Assembly: GCF_009834535.1 (NCBI RefSeq)
Contig: NC_045697.1
Span: forward strand, 67,148,001-67,212,000
From: Camelus ferus
Lineage: Eukaryota
Reading direction: 5' to 3'
Length of the DNA: 64,000 nt
Positions 53,253-64,000 of this stretch are shown here, in pieces. The position numbers and the translations under genes are program-made. The notes below the pieces were generated by a model. The model searched no databases. It had not been told where the DNA came from and was given only the letters and a program-made list of their open reading frames with translations. Positions within the stretch are counted from its first letter, which is position 1. Each line of letters begins with the position of its first letter.

Positions 53253-54099
53253 GTGCCCATTCCTTAGGGATCTCCCATCACCTCTCTTTTGACATAACTG
53301 ATCATCTCTGCATGTAGCAGAAACAGACATTAGGACAGATGAAAAGTTATGATTGTAATTGAAATGAAATGTGGCTGTGCAATTAATTAGGGATATACCT
53401 TGTGAAAGAATGCATGGCCATACTTACAGAGAGAGAAAATAATAATAAAAATATTAGACTAAAATTAATTTGAATGATTCCACTAGCTCCACTAAACTGA
53501 CAATGACAGTACTGTATTCAAAGTTGAAAGAACAAAACAACTAATAACAAAATAATTTTTAGAATTGCATTTAAAACGATGTGCAATAAAAAATCAAAAC
53601 AAACTTAGAGGCAGAGTTCCAATCCCCAATACATGATACATCAAAGTGAAACAATGTTACTTTTAAGAATAAATAGCAAAAGTATCAATCACCTAATAAG
53701 ATTATTTAAAGCCCAAATTTCATCTCTATTACAGGTACACAAGTAATTTATTGATTTTTTTTAGAAGAAAAATGAAAAGAAAAGTGTCATCTCAGGTAGG
53801 ACCCAACTTAATAGCCAGTTAGAAATTTATTACACCAGAGACGTGATATAAATTCTAGAAATTATCACAGTCCATGCTTAAAGTAATTATTAGTTTACAA
53901 ATGTAGCTTGTTCACCAGGCCAAATATCATGCTTTATGCAATGTTACCCTTCATCTTCAGAGTAAAAAATGCTTTTTAGATAGTGATAATTCAATACATG
54001 TTTGAAAAGCTGCATTGAAATGGACTTTGGAAAATTCTATAGATTCTCCAGTAGCTTTAGTTCAACCAGTGATGGCTGAACCATCAGGGATGCTGTCAG

Positions 54100-54320
54100 G
54101 TGTGAGAGTAAGATTAAAAACTGTGGGATCAGACAGGGCTAGGCTTCAACTGAGCCCTGCATTTATCTGTTGGACACTGGGAAAATGACTTTAAACTGGC
54201 AAAGCCTCAGTTTCCTCATCTTCAATATTTCTCAAGGATGTTGAGAGGATTACAAGACACAATGCACACAAGGTACCTTGTATGTTTCAAACAACAGGGC
54301 CTATTATGATCGCTGCTGTT
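54100..54320 (+). mobile_element. MIR SINE
   Basis: gatcagacag...aagcctcagtttcctcatct...ggatgttgagaggatta. Confidence 0.8.
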
Positions 54321-54347
54321 AGGGAGATGAGAAACATGCTCTGAAGT

Positions 54348-54648
54348 GGAGGTTGCAATCTGCAGGCTGCTGGCAAATGTCCACCTGCGTGCAAGTTTTC
54401 TTCGGCCTGTCCTCCTTGAGAAACTTCAAATAAAAATTGAGATTTCTGGTTTTTTGGGAAAAACTAGAAGCTGCCACCCTAGCAAGCCCACACTCCTGCA
54501 GGGAGGACTGGACCCTCCTGTCAGTCAGGACCTGTGCCTGAGTCCTCTGCTTTGCCACACTCACCAGCAGCAGCTGTCATCCTGCACTCAGTCCACTTAT
54601 TCATGTAACCTCACGGGGCCCAGCAGGTACTGGGGCTTGTGACTGCTG
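54348..54648 (-). mobile_element. MER102-like hAT-Charlie DNA transposon
   Basis: gaggttgcaatctg...gatttctggtttt...gcccacactcctgca...cacttattcatgtaacct...ggccc...ttgtgactgctg; degenerate TIRs at both ends. Confidence 0.7.
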
Positions 54649-54724
54649 GCTTTGCCAAGGAAGAATAAGACTCATAGGCACGAAATTTAAATCTACATAG
54701 GGGCAGGTGAAGATGCAGTGAGTG

Positions 54725-54920
54725 CTGCATGGTAGAAAGCAGCTAGAACCAGGAGCCAGGGGACATGGGTTGTATCCCCATTCTCCACTCACACCTGTGT
54801 GAGCTCTGGGCTCTGTGGGGGTCTGTTTCCTCATCTGTAAAGTATATGTTCTGGGTAGGTCAAGTTTCTGAACACAAGGCAAGTCAGTTCCCCATCTGGG
54901 TTTCAGCTTCTCATGTGTTC
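54725..54920 (+). mobile_element. MIR fragments
   Basis: ggtagaaagca...ggagccaggggacatgggtt...gtctgtttcctcatctgtaaa. Confidence 0.65.
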
Positions 54921-56194
54921 TTTTTTAAAAAATGATGCCAAATTAGTGGGTCACTGAAGCCTGGCTGAATTAGAGAAAGCCCTGCCTCCACATGCCGCTG
55001 TCAAAAAAAGAAGCACTGCACACAGACTTGATGGAATACATTTGGAAGTTCAAATGCCAAAAGGAAGTATAATACACATAATAGTAGCAATTTTGAGAAT
55101 GCCCTCCCCTGTGCTGCTGGCCTCATGCATTAGTTCTAATTGAGTAAATAAAACTAATTGTTTCCCCACACTTATCCCGTCTTCCTAAAATACCAATGAA
55201 TCCTCAAGTACTAAAGTAAATTAGATCACTTCTATAATTTTTCTTGGGTGAAATTCCAAACTTATCCTCTTATAACTTTGCAGAGCTACCTTTTGAAACT
55301 TGATGACTGGGTATTTAATCATTATTTGTGTGTGTATGTGTGTTTCATTCTACAGAATTTTAATTAAATGACTTTTGCAAATTCCACAAGATAAAAAGAT
55401 GAGAAACCTATGTAGCTCAAATACGTTTCACAACAGTTTTCATCCTAGATAAGTCCTTTTTAAAAAACAACCTTCTGTAATTCTCATATCAATGAGCTAA
55501 GGCTATTTCTAGAAAGAAAGAGATAATACATGGCAAATATATCTTGCTTATGTCAAAGATAACTTGTTTGGAAATACTACTTCTTTTCAGTTCAAAAATC
55601 AATTTTGGTCCTTTCAGTTGAATTTCAATACACTCTGAAGTAGAAATCAACTAAGACAAATGAACTAACTTATGGAAGGTTACTGTCAAGGTTTTCTCTG
55701 TTTTGTGTTCTGTTGTTGAGTATCTATGGAGCTGCCCAAAATGAATGTGTTGACAAAGCTTCTCAAAGCATACGGCCATCTGGTGACAATTCCAGGTAGT
55801 AGAATGACACCTAACAAGAATAGGAGAAAAGAGAGGAAGACCAATCCTGGCAAAGTATATTCTAGGTCTTTTAAAATAAATCTTGATTTCTAATACTTAA
55901 AAAAAAAAATCTGTTACTGGAAGCAAGCTGTGCTGCTTCCTACAATACATTTAATAAAACATTCAAACAGCTATGTGAAAGGGTGAAGGTGCACAGGTAA
56001 AGCACACTCTATTATTTAACACAGGCAGGGAAGTAGCTGTTCTGGTTAATCGATTATTCTCTTCAACATCAAGAAAGGGAAATAACATCCAAAGTGTGGA
56101 ATAAAGTACACTTAATTTTAAAACCACTGAGAATATAAGCTAACTTTTTAGCCTAGTGATTTAGAAGGTCCCACAGGGTCTTGCAGTCTCCTGG

Positions 56195-56326
56195 TAGGGT
56201 GATTATTCATCCCGTTAACCCAGGACAATCCCAGTTTATGCTTGTTGTCCAGAAATAATTCTTAATAGCTTTCCCATTCATTCACAAAAATGACCTAGTT
56301 TAGTCAATAATTATGTGGTCTCTGTA
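56195..56326. mobile_element. MER94-like hAT-Blackjack MITE
   Basis: tagggtga...ccaggacaatcccagtttatgcttgttgtcc...taattcttaatagc...attatgtggtctctgta, with TAGGGTGACC-type termini. Confidence 0.75.
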
Positions 56327-57288
56327 CGTCTGGGTCATTGTAATGCATCCAGTTTTCTCTTCAACATGCTGCAGATAGACAAAGATGCAGGTTTAATGAT
56401 AAAACTGTACCCAATTAAGAAAATGTTCAAAAACATAGCTTATGTTACAAAATATAAATAAATACACTTCTACAAAAATTTTAGTCAAGATATACTTATA
56501 TTAAGGTTAATTCAACAGTGAAAATAAAACTTTTTAATGAAGAATGGTCAGAAATACAGTTTAAAATAACTAAACTAATATGGAACACTAGAACAAATGC
56601 ATTACTTGCAGTATCTATGAAGTTTTAAATTTGTATCTTAAAATCAAAATTAAAGCTATTTAAATAATCACAACAAAAGAACTATATTCCAAAAACTATA
56701 TAATTTAAGTTTTAAAAAAAGTTAAATATGGGCCCTAAGTGGGCCTCTCATTTTCCAAAATTAAAGTAATATTCTCACAATGAGTCAATTTTGTTCTCTA
56801 TTGGGGTCTCTGAACCCAAACTTGTGAATTGGAAAATGATTCTAACATATAGTTGTATCACCAACATTAGAGGCTAACGATAAAGACACAAAAGAATGAT
56901 TATTTGCCTCTTGACTAAAAGTAGCTGAGAGTTCAATTTTAGTTTTTTAAAAGAAAATGCAGCACTTAAGAAACCAGTAACAGGAACCAAAACATGTCTT
57001 TAATACAGACATGGTAGCACAGCTTTTTAGGATAAAGTTTCTAGTCAAGTGACAATATATAAAATTCAATATAAAAACTCTACAAGTAATTTCGAATAAA
57101 TAAAATCAAATGACAAATTTGGCTCAATTCAAGTAATGTGGTCAATTTCAATTCCAAATATTTTAACAACTAAAGATAAACACACATTAAATACATATAT
57201 CAGTATTTTCCAAATTTTACACTACTTAGGAGTTTTCTACTAATTACTTAATAAATTGTATTTATTGAAAAATAATAGATTAACTCAC

Positions 57289-57336
57289 TTGTAGTCATAA
57301 AGATATACTACGAATTAGGGCTTCTCATCAGTGTTA
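57289..57336 (-). other. Candidate short non-coding (5' UTR) exon, 48 nt (53 nt if the upstream CAG is used, start 57341)
   Basis: Minus strand reads poly-T, ttaacattatcaactcatttggttattcagtctag|TAACACTGATGAGAAGCCCTAATTCGTAGTATATCTTTATGACTACAA|gtgagt. It has a consensus donor, branch-point-like TTTAAC and CTCAT, and stops in all three frames. Confidence 0.55.
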
Positions 57337-58607
57337 CTAGACTGAATAACCAAATGAGTTGATAATGTTAAAAAAAAAAAAAAAAAAACCTCTGGATTCT
57401 TGTTTGGTAAGCTGTGCAACCTTAGGATTTTTGAAATTTTGGAGTAGCTGTTACTTCCCTATATTTCTTCAAGGTCCTGAAGTTCGTATTCTATAGAACT
57501 ATCAATATCAATATATATTTTTGTGTTGATTATCATTTAACATAGTAAAGCATTCACAATTGCTTTTATGATTATAATTTTCATATATTTTAAGAAAAAT
57601 GAATTGTCTGTCTTCATAGACATAGTTAGTGGGTCAAATAAGCAGAATAGCATTTGTTAGGAGTTATGAGAGAATTCACTTGAGAGAATGTAAGTTGTTT
57701 TTACTTGTTAATCTAAAACATGAAGTTTCTTTATATTATATATATATTTAATCCAATGCTTTGGGAAACTAATAAGATCCTACCACATGCATGGCGGCAA
57801 CACTGTACTGAAAAATCACTTTATGCTCTTCTCCCACATTCTTCCCACATTTTTGTTTTCACATTTCTAAAACTGGAAAATACCAGGGCTTCAGATATAT
57901 TCGCTGACTTACCATACACTCTTCACTCTAGCAATACTCCTAGTTTCTCCAAATGACAAAATTTATAAGAAAAAGTTAAAAAGCCCTTCCTAAAGGGGGA
58001 ACTAAGGAGTAAGGACATTATGGTTCTAAAAATTATTATACTACCAAATTTAAAATTAATATAGATCAATTATCTATCTGTCTATCTATATTTTCAAACA
58101 TTTGTGAAAGATGTTAGGCAAAACATTCTTATGTTTTAAATTTAAAATCTAAGCTTCAGAATTGTTCACAGAGATCCCTCTGGTCCTTTCAATTTAAATT
58201 TACCGGAAGAATTTTAGTTAATTATAGAAGGCTCTACAGTTGACTCTGAAGTAGTTTTACAGGTTGCATATGCTTAACTTAGTTCCATTTTCCCACCCCG
58301 GGGATCCATGCAAAAGGTCCTCCTCCCCTTCATATATCCTTTAAGGAGAAGGGCAAGTATCTACCATAGCAATCCTCTGCCTTTCAAGCACTGACATCAT
58401 TTTATAAACATCACAGCACCAAGGAGACCATTACTCAAAATCCAAACAAGTTTTAAAACATGTAAAAGTGTATTTTAAAGGGGACAACAAACCTGTACAA
58501 CTTGACAAACTCAAACTCTGTTGCTGAGAGATGCGGTAATGTCTGGTCTAAAGTAGCTTAGCGACAGAGTATGTAATAAAACAGCTAAATTTGGATTGGA
58601 GACTCAC

Positions 58608-58634
58608 TTTGCACTGTGGAAATGTAACGTAGCC
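58608..58634 (-). other. Candidate 27-nt micro-exon (or the 3' end of a longer exon)
   Basis: Minus strand reads ttctgatttcttgagctgctcttgcctttgctctttcag|GGCTACGTTACATTTCCACAGTGCAAA|gtgagt. A branch-point match lies 33 nt upstream, with a strong pyrimidine tract, a CAG acceptor and a GTGAGT donor. Confidence 0.4.
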
Positions 58635-61470
58635 CTGAAAGAGCAAAGGCAAGAGCAGCTCAAGAAATCAGAAACCAGGTCTCTGTAACTCCTCACTTCA
58701 ATGGAAAGACGAGAGCTGTTATTAGGAGAAAGCCCGAGGGAAGAACTGCTCTCAAAATTGAGAGGGGAAGAAAATGGGAAGAGATGCAGAGAGAACAGAA
58801 TCTTGCACGGCTATAACAAGACATTTCCAGTGGCCTCTAAGTGAAGTGGGAGCAGTACTTATAAAAGGGAATGAGATAGGTTGCTTTATTCCTTTCTCAG
58901 AATTGGCTAAGAGTTTATCCCTGCAGAAAGTTCTAGCACCAAATCACATTTATCTCTCCTTTTATCTCTTCCAAAATAATTTTATTCATTCTTCTGTCAG
59001 TTTGCCACCTTGTAGTTGCATATATTTTATCTCAATATTTTGTCTTCCAAACAAGATTTTTCAGTTTCTTTAAGAAACTTATTATTCTATCTCATTTCTC
59101 TCTATGGGATACAGCAATTAATACTTCCTCAACTGAACTGCTCTCAGCTGTACTGGATTCTTTTTCTCCATAAAAAAGGTCAAATGGAACCGTAGTTTGA
59201 GAGAATATACTACATGTTAAAATAGTTAGAAATATATCCTAACTTTGGCATCCACCAGCTCTAATCACATCTATCTCCTCCATGTAAATTTTATATTCCA
59301 TTAGTGAGAATGCAGGCAATTACTTGGATGCTCTGTTACACCTATGTACACCATGAGCCCTATGTCAGGCTTGGTTTAATCTACTTCACAATCTGAAGAA
59401 AAATAACTCCAAATAAGTCAAAATATGCAGATAAATTTCAAATCATGAACATATTATTCCCTGTTTCTTTTTAATCCATCTTTTTTTAGGTAATTCTTGA
59501 TGCTCTCTTCCATATTTGGTGTCCACTTTGAACAAGGACTGAGACCCTCTATAACTTACATATGTATTTTTAGATGAAGTTATCTTAAGCATAATGCGTC
59601 AAGTGTGACTTAAGTTTATTTTAATTTAGCTACAGAGATTGTTTCCTTCACATTTTTGAGGGCTGGTCTGTCCTGGTAAATTTCCAGAATAAATCTTATG
59701 TCTTCCTTTTAAGTATGGCGAGATCTTGACATACAACTACTGTGGGAGCTGAAGGCATTTCTGGCAAAAGAGCAGTGAAATGACTGACTTCTCCGCTTGT
59801 TTTCATAGTGATAAATATATGGTTAGCATTAGGCAGGAAAACAGATATTCCCCAAAATACACACTAAGCACTTCTGAGAATGAATGGGATCTCACAGATA
59901 TATCATGACTCCTCTCTCCATTAGGTGCTCAGTTCCATGAGGATCATTCACTCTCACAACATAAAAACAGCCAAAGTGTATGCTTACTTTGAAAAGAAAG
60001 AAAAATTCTCCGTTTAAAAATGTAAAAAACTACCCAGGCAATTATGTTTCGTTGGTTTTCTTTAGTCTGTCCATGCCTCATATAATAGAACTTCCTGTAA
60101 GTTAATACAAACTGTAGCCTTTGGTCTATAGTTTAAGATGAAAGAAAAATACTGAAATAATAGTTCACTATCAAAACAACTTCACTAAATGGATCTCTTA
60201 AAGGGGAACCAGCATTATTAAACTAACATTTAAAATTTCTTTTATAACTTGATTGCAAGTTTTTATTGTGTATGTTTTATCATATGGATCATTATTCCTT
60301 CTAAGATCACTCAGAAAGGATGATAATATTTTATTTCTTTTAGAAAAAGGTGAGAATTGAAAAATGTTATCACTGAAGGGTGAAATTTTGTACAATTGAG
60401 AAATGTCTGATAGCGTTATATATAGTAAACTAGTAAAAGTATATTAAAGTTTTGGTTCCCATTTAATACAAAGTATCTTTTGTTTTAATTCTTCAACTTA
60501 AAAGTTACAATGAAGAAGATTGTTAACTTATGTAATTGAAATAAAAATTTCTGGTCATATATGATTATGGAATCAATGATCCAGTGTCCTTTGTAGCCAT
60601 GAAAATTCATTTTAGAAAAGTAACTTTTCATTCAATTTATTCATGTGATACTTATTAAAATAAAGAACAAATCTTTTAATAACCAAAAAATGTCTAAAGT
60701 TGTTAAAGCACCCCTTTTCTGAATATGGAGTCCAGTCTTATTTCAGACTTCATATCTTGATAATACTTAGGCATAAGGAAGATGTTAACCTGCATAAAAG
60801 GAATGTATCACATTTTCTTTTGTTTCCATGGAAGTATTCTTTTAATACTGCTCTCAAGCCAGTTTTTATTTAGATGTCTTTTGGTCTAAATTGACAGTCT
60901 TGAAAGCTTTTCTAAAGTAATATTTGCCTCTTTAAACATCTCGCTGGCATTCCATTATGGGCACCTGCTGCTGATAATTACAGGTCTGTCTTCTAACCAC
61001 TTCCTCTGCTTTATGTCAAGGCAAGATTCAGGCTGCTTGATTACAAACAACTACCAGTTAAAGACCACTGCATAGCTCTTTGTGGTAATTATTCAGGGCA
61101 AGTTGGGTCTGTGTTTACTGAAGTCTTAACAAAAAGAGAAGTAGTTACTTGTTATAATTTCCTCTTTGCTGGCAGTGTAGCATAATCCATAACATATTTT
61201 GGTCACCTTTAAAGTGCCTAGGAGAATATCTGATTCAATAATGCTTTATAATGATACATTTCACTATACTATCTCCTAGTCTGAAAAACAAAATATCCTG
61301 CCCAAAGATAACAGGCTGTGGTCCTAGCAAAAGAACTTTCAAACAATAGTCAATTACAGGAAAACAACTGGTATAATATGTGCTCCAAAACAGATTTATT
61401 TTTCTTGACTCTGGGCCACTCTGCACCACTGCAGCCCCTCTCCCCCTGCCGTCCCACCTCATACTCATAC

Positions 61471-61846
61471 TGCCTTACTGCCACAGTTCAAAGGTTTCTG
61501 CCTTCCCCAAATTCACATGTTGAGTCCTAATCCCCAAAGATTATGGTAACAGGAGGTGAGGACTTCGGGAGATACTTAGGTCATGAGGATGGAGTCTTCA
61601 TGAATGGGATTACTGTTCTTACAAAAGAGACCCCACAGAGATCCCTTGCCCCTTCTACCATGTGAAGACACAGAGAGAAAAGGCGGTCATTTGTGAGCCA
61701 GGGAGAGGATCCTTATCCACATAGCCATGCTCCTGTCTTGATCTTGGATTCCCACCCTCCAGAAAACTGTGAGAGGTAAATTTCTGTTCTTTATAAACCA
61801 CCCCTGTCTGTGTTATTTATTATAGCAGCCTGAACAGACTAAGACA
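61471..61846 (+). mobile_element. MaLR solo LTR (MLT1A0-like), full length with TSD
   Basis: ccccaaattcacatgttga...ttaggtcatgagg...catgaatgggatta...aaaagagacccca...tatagcagcctgaacagactaagaca. CATAC flanks both sides (61466-61470 and 61847-61851). Confidence 0.9.
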
Positions 61847-62449
61847 CATACTCTGCAAGAGACTTGCTTGCTTTATACTGGAGAGAGGTAAGAGAAGATA
61901 CTCTATGGGACAATTTTTGATACAACAATAATCCAAATACAAAACGGTTTCATCACTTAGGAGAAAATCTATTTTAACAATATTCCATATGATAGAATTC
62001 TACAATTGAATAATCACAAAGCTTCTCTGAGAGGTGCTAGGGTGCTATTTTGACTTGTAGATCTCTTAAACTCCCATTCTGCATTTAGACAACTTGGCCA
62101 CATCAGTTAAGAGTTTAGCATGCTCACACTGCTTCCCAATCAATTGTCCAAGGTTTATTTCCTGCACCTATATGAGAATTCAAGTTCTTCATTATGTAAT
62201 GGCCCCAAATTCTAGGGCAGATGATCTGAAATTAGGAATCAATTTCTGAAAGAAGGGTACGGAGACTGAGCTTTGGGGCAGAATCTAAGAGATGGTGAAC
62301 TTTCACTCCTGAGACTGTCCTTTCCACCTACAACTTCATATTCTGCTCACTTTGTCCAGTAGCTTTCCAAGTGGGTAATGAAGGAAACGTGGAAAGTTCT
62401 TGCTAACTCCACCACAACAAGTAGTCCCCAAAGCCCCTCTAAGATGTGT

Positions 62450-63120
62450 TATTTATGCATGAACAAAATATGTATTCATCCAACATCACTCAAAAGATCT
62501 GTATCGCATGCCAACTGTGTGTGTCAAGCCCCACGTTATATGCTAGACATACCACAATGGACGTGCTTCCCATCCTCCTCATGACGACATGCTAGCCGTG
62601 TACACAGGTAAAAGGACAGAGTGTTACAGTTGGGTGTGCAAGGTGCTTTACGAAGAAATGAAGATCTAAACTAAGACATCAAGATGGAACAGAAGTGAGC
62701 CAGCACAAAGGGATACAACACTTGTTCATAGCATAAGAAAGCATGTAAGCTGCCATACTCACTCACTGTCAGCTTTCTAAAAAACACCTGAAGGATGTCC
62801 CCTTCAAGGGCTACCCTGGAATCACCTGTGCCAGATTTGGGACAGGTGCATGGTCTGAGGAGACTACAACTACGGAGGAGTTCCACGAATAGAATTAGAC
62901 ATATAAGGACAAATATCTCTGTCAGCCATGTTAAGAGGTTTAGATTCAAGTTTCGAGGCAATGGAAAGCCATCAAAGGGTTTTAAGAAAAACAGCTATAC
63001 TGGTGACATTTGCTAGGATTTGCCTGGCTTCTGTGTAGAGGACAGAAGAGAGTGGGGCAGGACAGGAAGCAGGAAGAACCTTCTTCAGTGATCCAGTTGG
63101 GAGAAATGGACATACTCAAA
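62450..63120 (-). mobile_element. L2 LINE fragments
   Basis: tattcatccaaca at the left end; gccatgttaagaggtttaga...ggcaatggaaagccatcaaagggttttaag...ctggcttctgtgtagag...gaagcagg. Confidence 0.6.
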
Positions 63121-64000
63121 ACGTGTCTGGGTAATATGTTATCTTTGCTAATATAACATTATTAAAGAGAGGGCTGCATATATTTAAGTGGTTGCAAATA
63201 TCTAAATGTATGAGCCTCTACAAAATAATCTAATTTTTTGTTTGTTTTAACAACTTGGCTTTCTAAATTGCTCCCCTCCTCCCTCAATAAAATAATAACA
63301 AATAAACATACATTCTGGCACAAAGTAAATATTGTTCATATCAATTTAAAAAACTCCAAAACCTCAGTAATCACACAACAGAACTTCCTAAGAACATTTC
63401 CTAATGTTCAGAAAATTAAAGTTTTGAGAAGCTTGCCTTTATTTAAAAAAATAAACAAACAAACAAAAAAACAGGTACAGCTTAGAAGAGGTAGTTAGAA
63501 ATACAGTCTCATATTTTTAATGGTTGTGGATTTTCCCCCTAGAAATCTTCAAAGAAAACCAAATGTTATATACAACAGAATACCCCAAATAAACAGTTTA
63601 ATCAATCATTAAAACATTCTAGGTTGCTTCTGTTGGATTCTTTAAGTGGAATAAGAGTCTATAATGATAAGAAGATTTTATAATTATGTAGAAACTAAAC
63701 CACATTGTTGATTCTAGAGTTCTTATTAATTTTCTCTTTAAAAAGTGGAATGTTTCCCACAGTGCTGGACTTGGGAAGTGAAGGGGATGTGGTAGAGGAG
63801 AGCTGGAGTTAAAAATTAAGAGAAACTCTGCTTTCTGCACAAAGAGAATGGCAAAAGAACTAGTGTTCAATGGGCTTTTGAAAGTGTTTCCTGTGTGGAT
63901 ATCATGTTAGTGCGGTGAAGTAGTTATCCTTGTTTATTTATTTAGTTAATGCATCTACTACATTCTGTTTGCTAAAGGTCCACAACTGCATTACTTTCAG

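Larger units (their letters stand above)
1..64000 (-). other. Probable intronic/5'-UTR region of a large minus-strand gene (ZBTB20-like architecture, identity unverified)
   Basis: No coding exon was recognised. Well-formed splice signals at 58608-58634, 57289-57341, 49430 and 3990 are all on the minus strand. Most solo LTRs are on + (antisense to such a host). The gene name is withheld because it rests on recalled architecture, not a sequence match. Confidence 0.55.

Noticed and set aside
1567..63870. All ORFs in the supplied six-frame track (60-104 aa)
   Set aside because: They are short, many start at TTG/GTG, many overlap repeats or microsatellites, and none has a recognisable domain. This is what chance produces in mammalian non-coding DNA.
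1..64000. CRISPR array, operon, defence system, tRNA/rRNA genes
   Set aside because: No regularly spaced repeats, dense coding or RNA-gene signatures were seen. MIR, L2 and MaLR content marks the DNA as mammalian.

Overview
AT-rich, CpG-depleted mammalian genomic DNA, not prokaryotic. It has no credible protein-coding region, tRNA, rRNA or CRISPR array; the ORF track looks like chance ORFs. The repeats are almost all ancient eutherian elements (MIR, L2, MaLR/ERVL solo LTRs, hAT MITEs). One short L1 3' tail at about 30.3 kb resembles camelid L1, and I saw no Alu, Bov-tA/BovB, SINEC or PRE SINE, so the source is tentatively camel or alpaca. The best splice and promoter signals all lie on the minus strand: a 27-nt micro-exon candidate (58608-58634), a 48/53-nt non-coding exon candidate (57289-57336/57341), a donor at 49430, and a CpG-retaining promoter plus first-exon candidate at about 3990-4490. 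This suggests the 5' intronic region of a large minus-strand gene with a multi-exon 5' UTR and an internal promoter. The layout recalls ZBTB20, but that rests on memory of gene architecture and is unverified. The most unusual observation is a pair of related non-repeat elements 4.5 kb apart (about 44.3 and 48.8 kb) that share four motif blocks in the same order. I found no convincing evidence of a new biological system. Repeat subfamily names and ends were judged by eye and are approximate.
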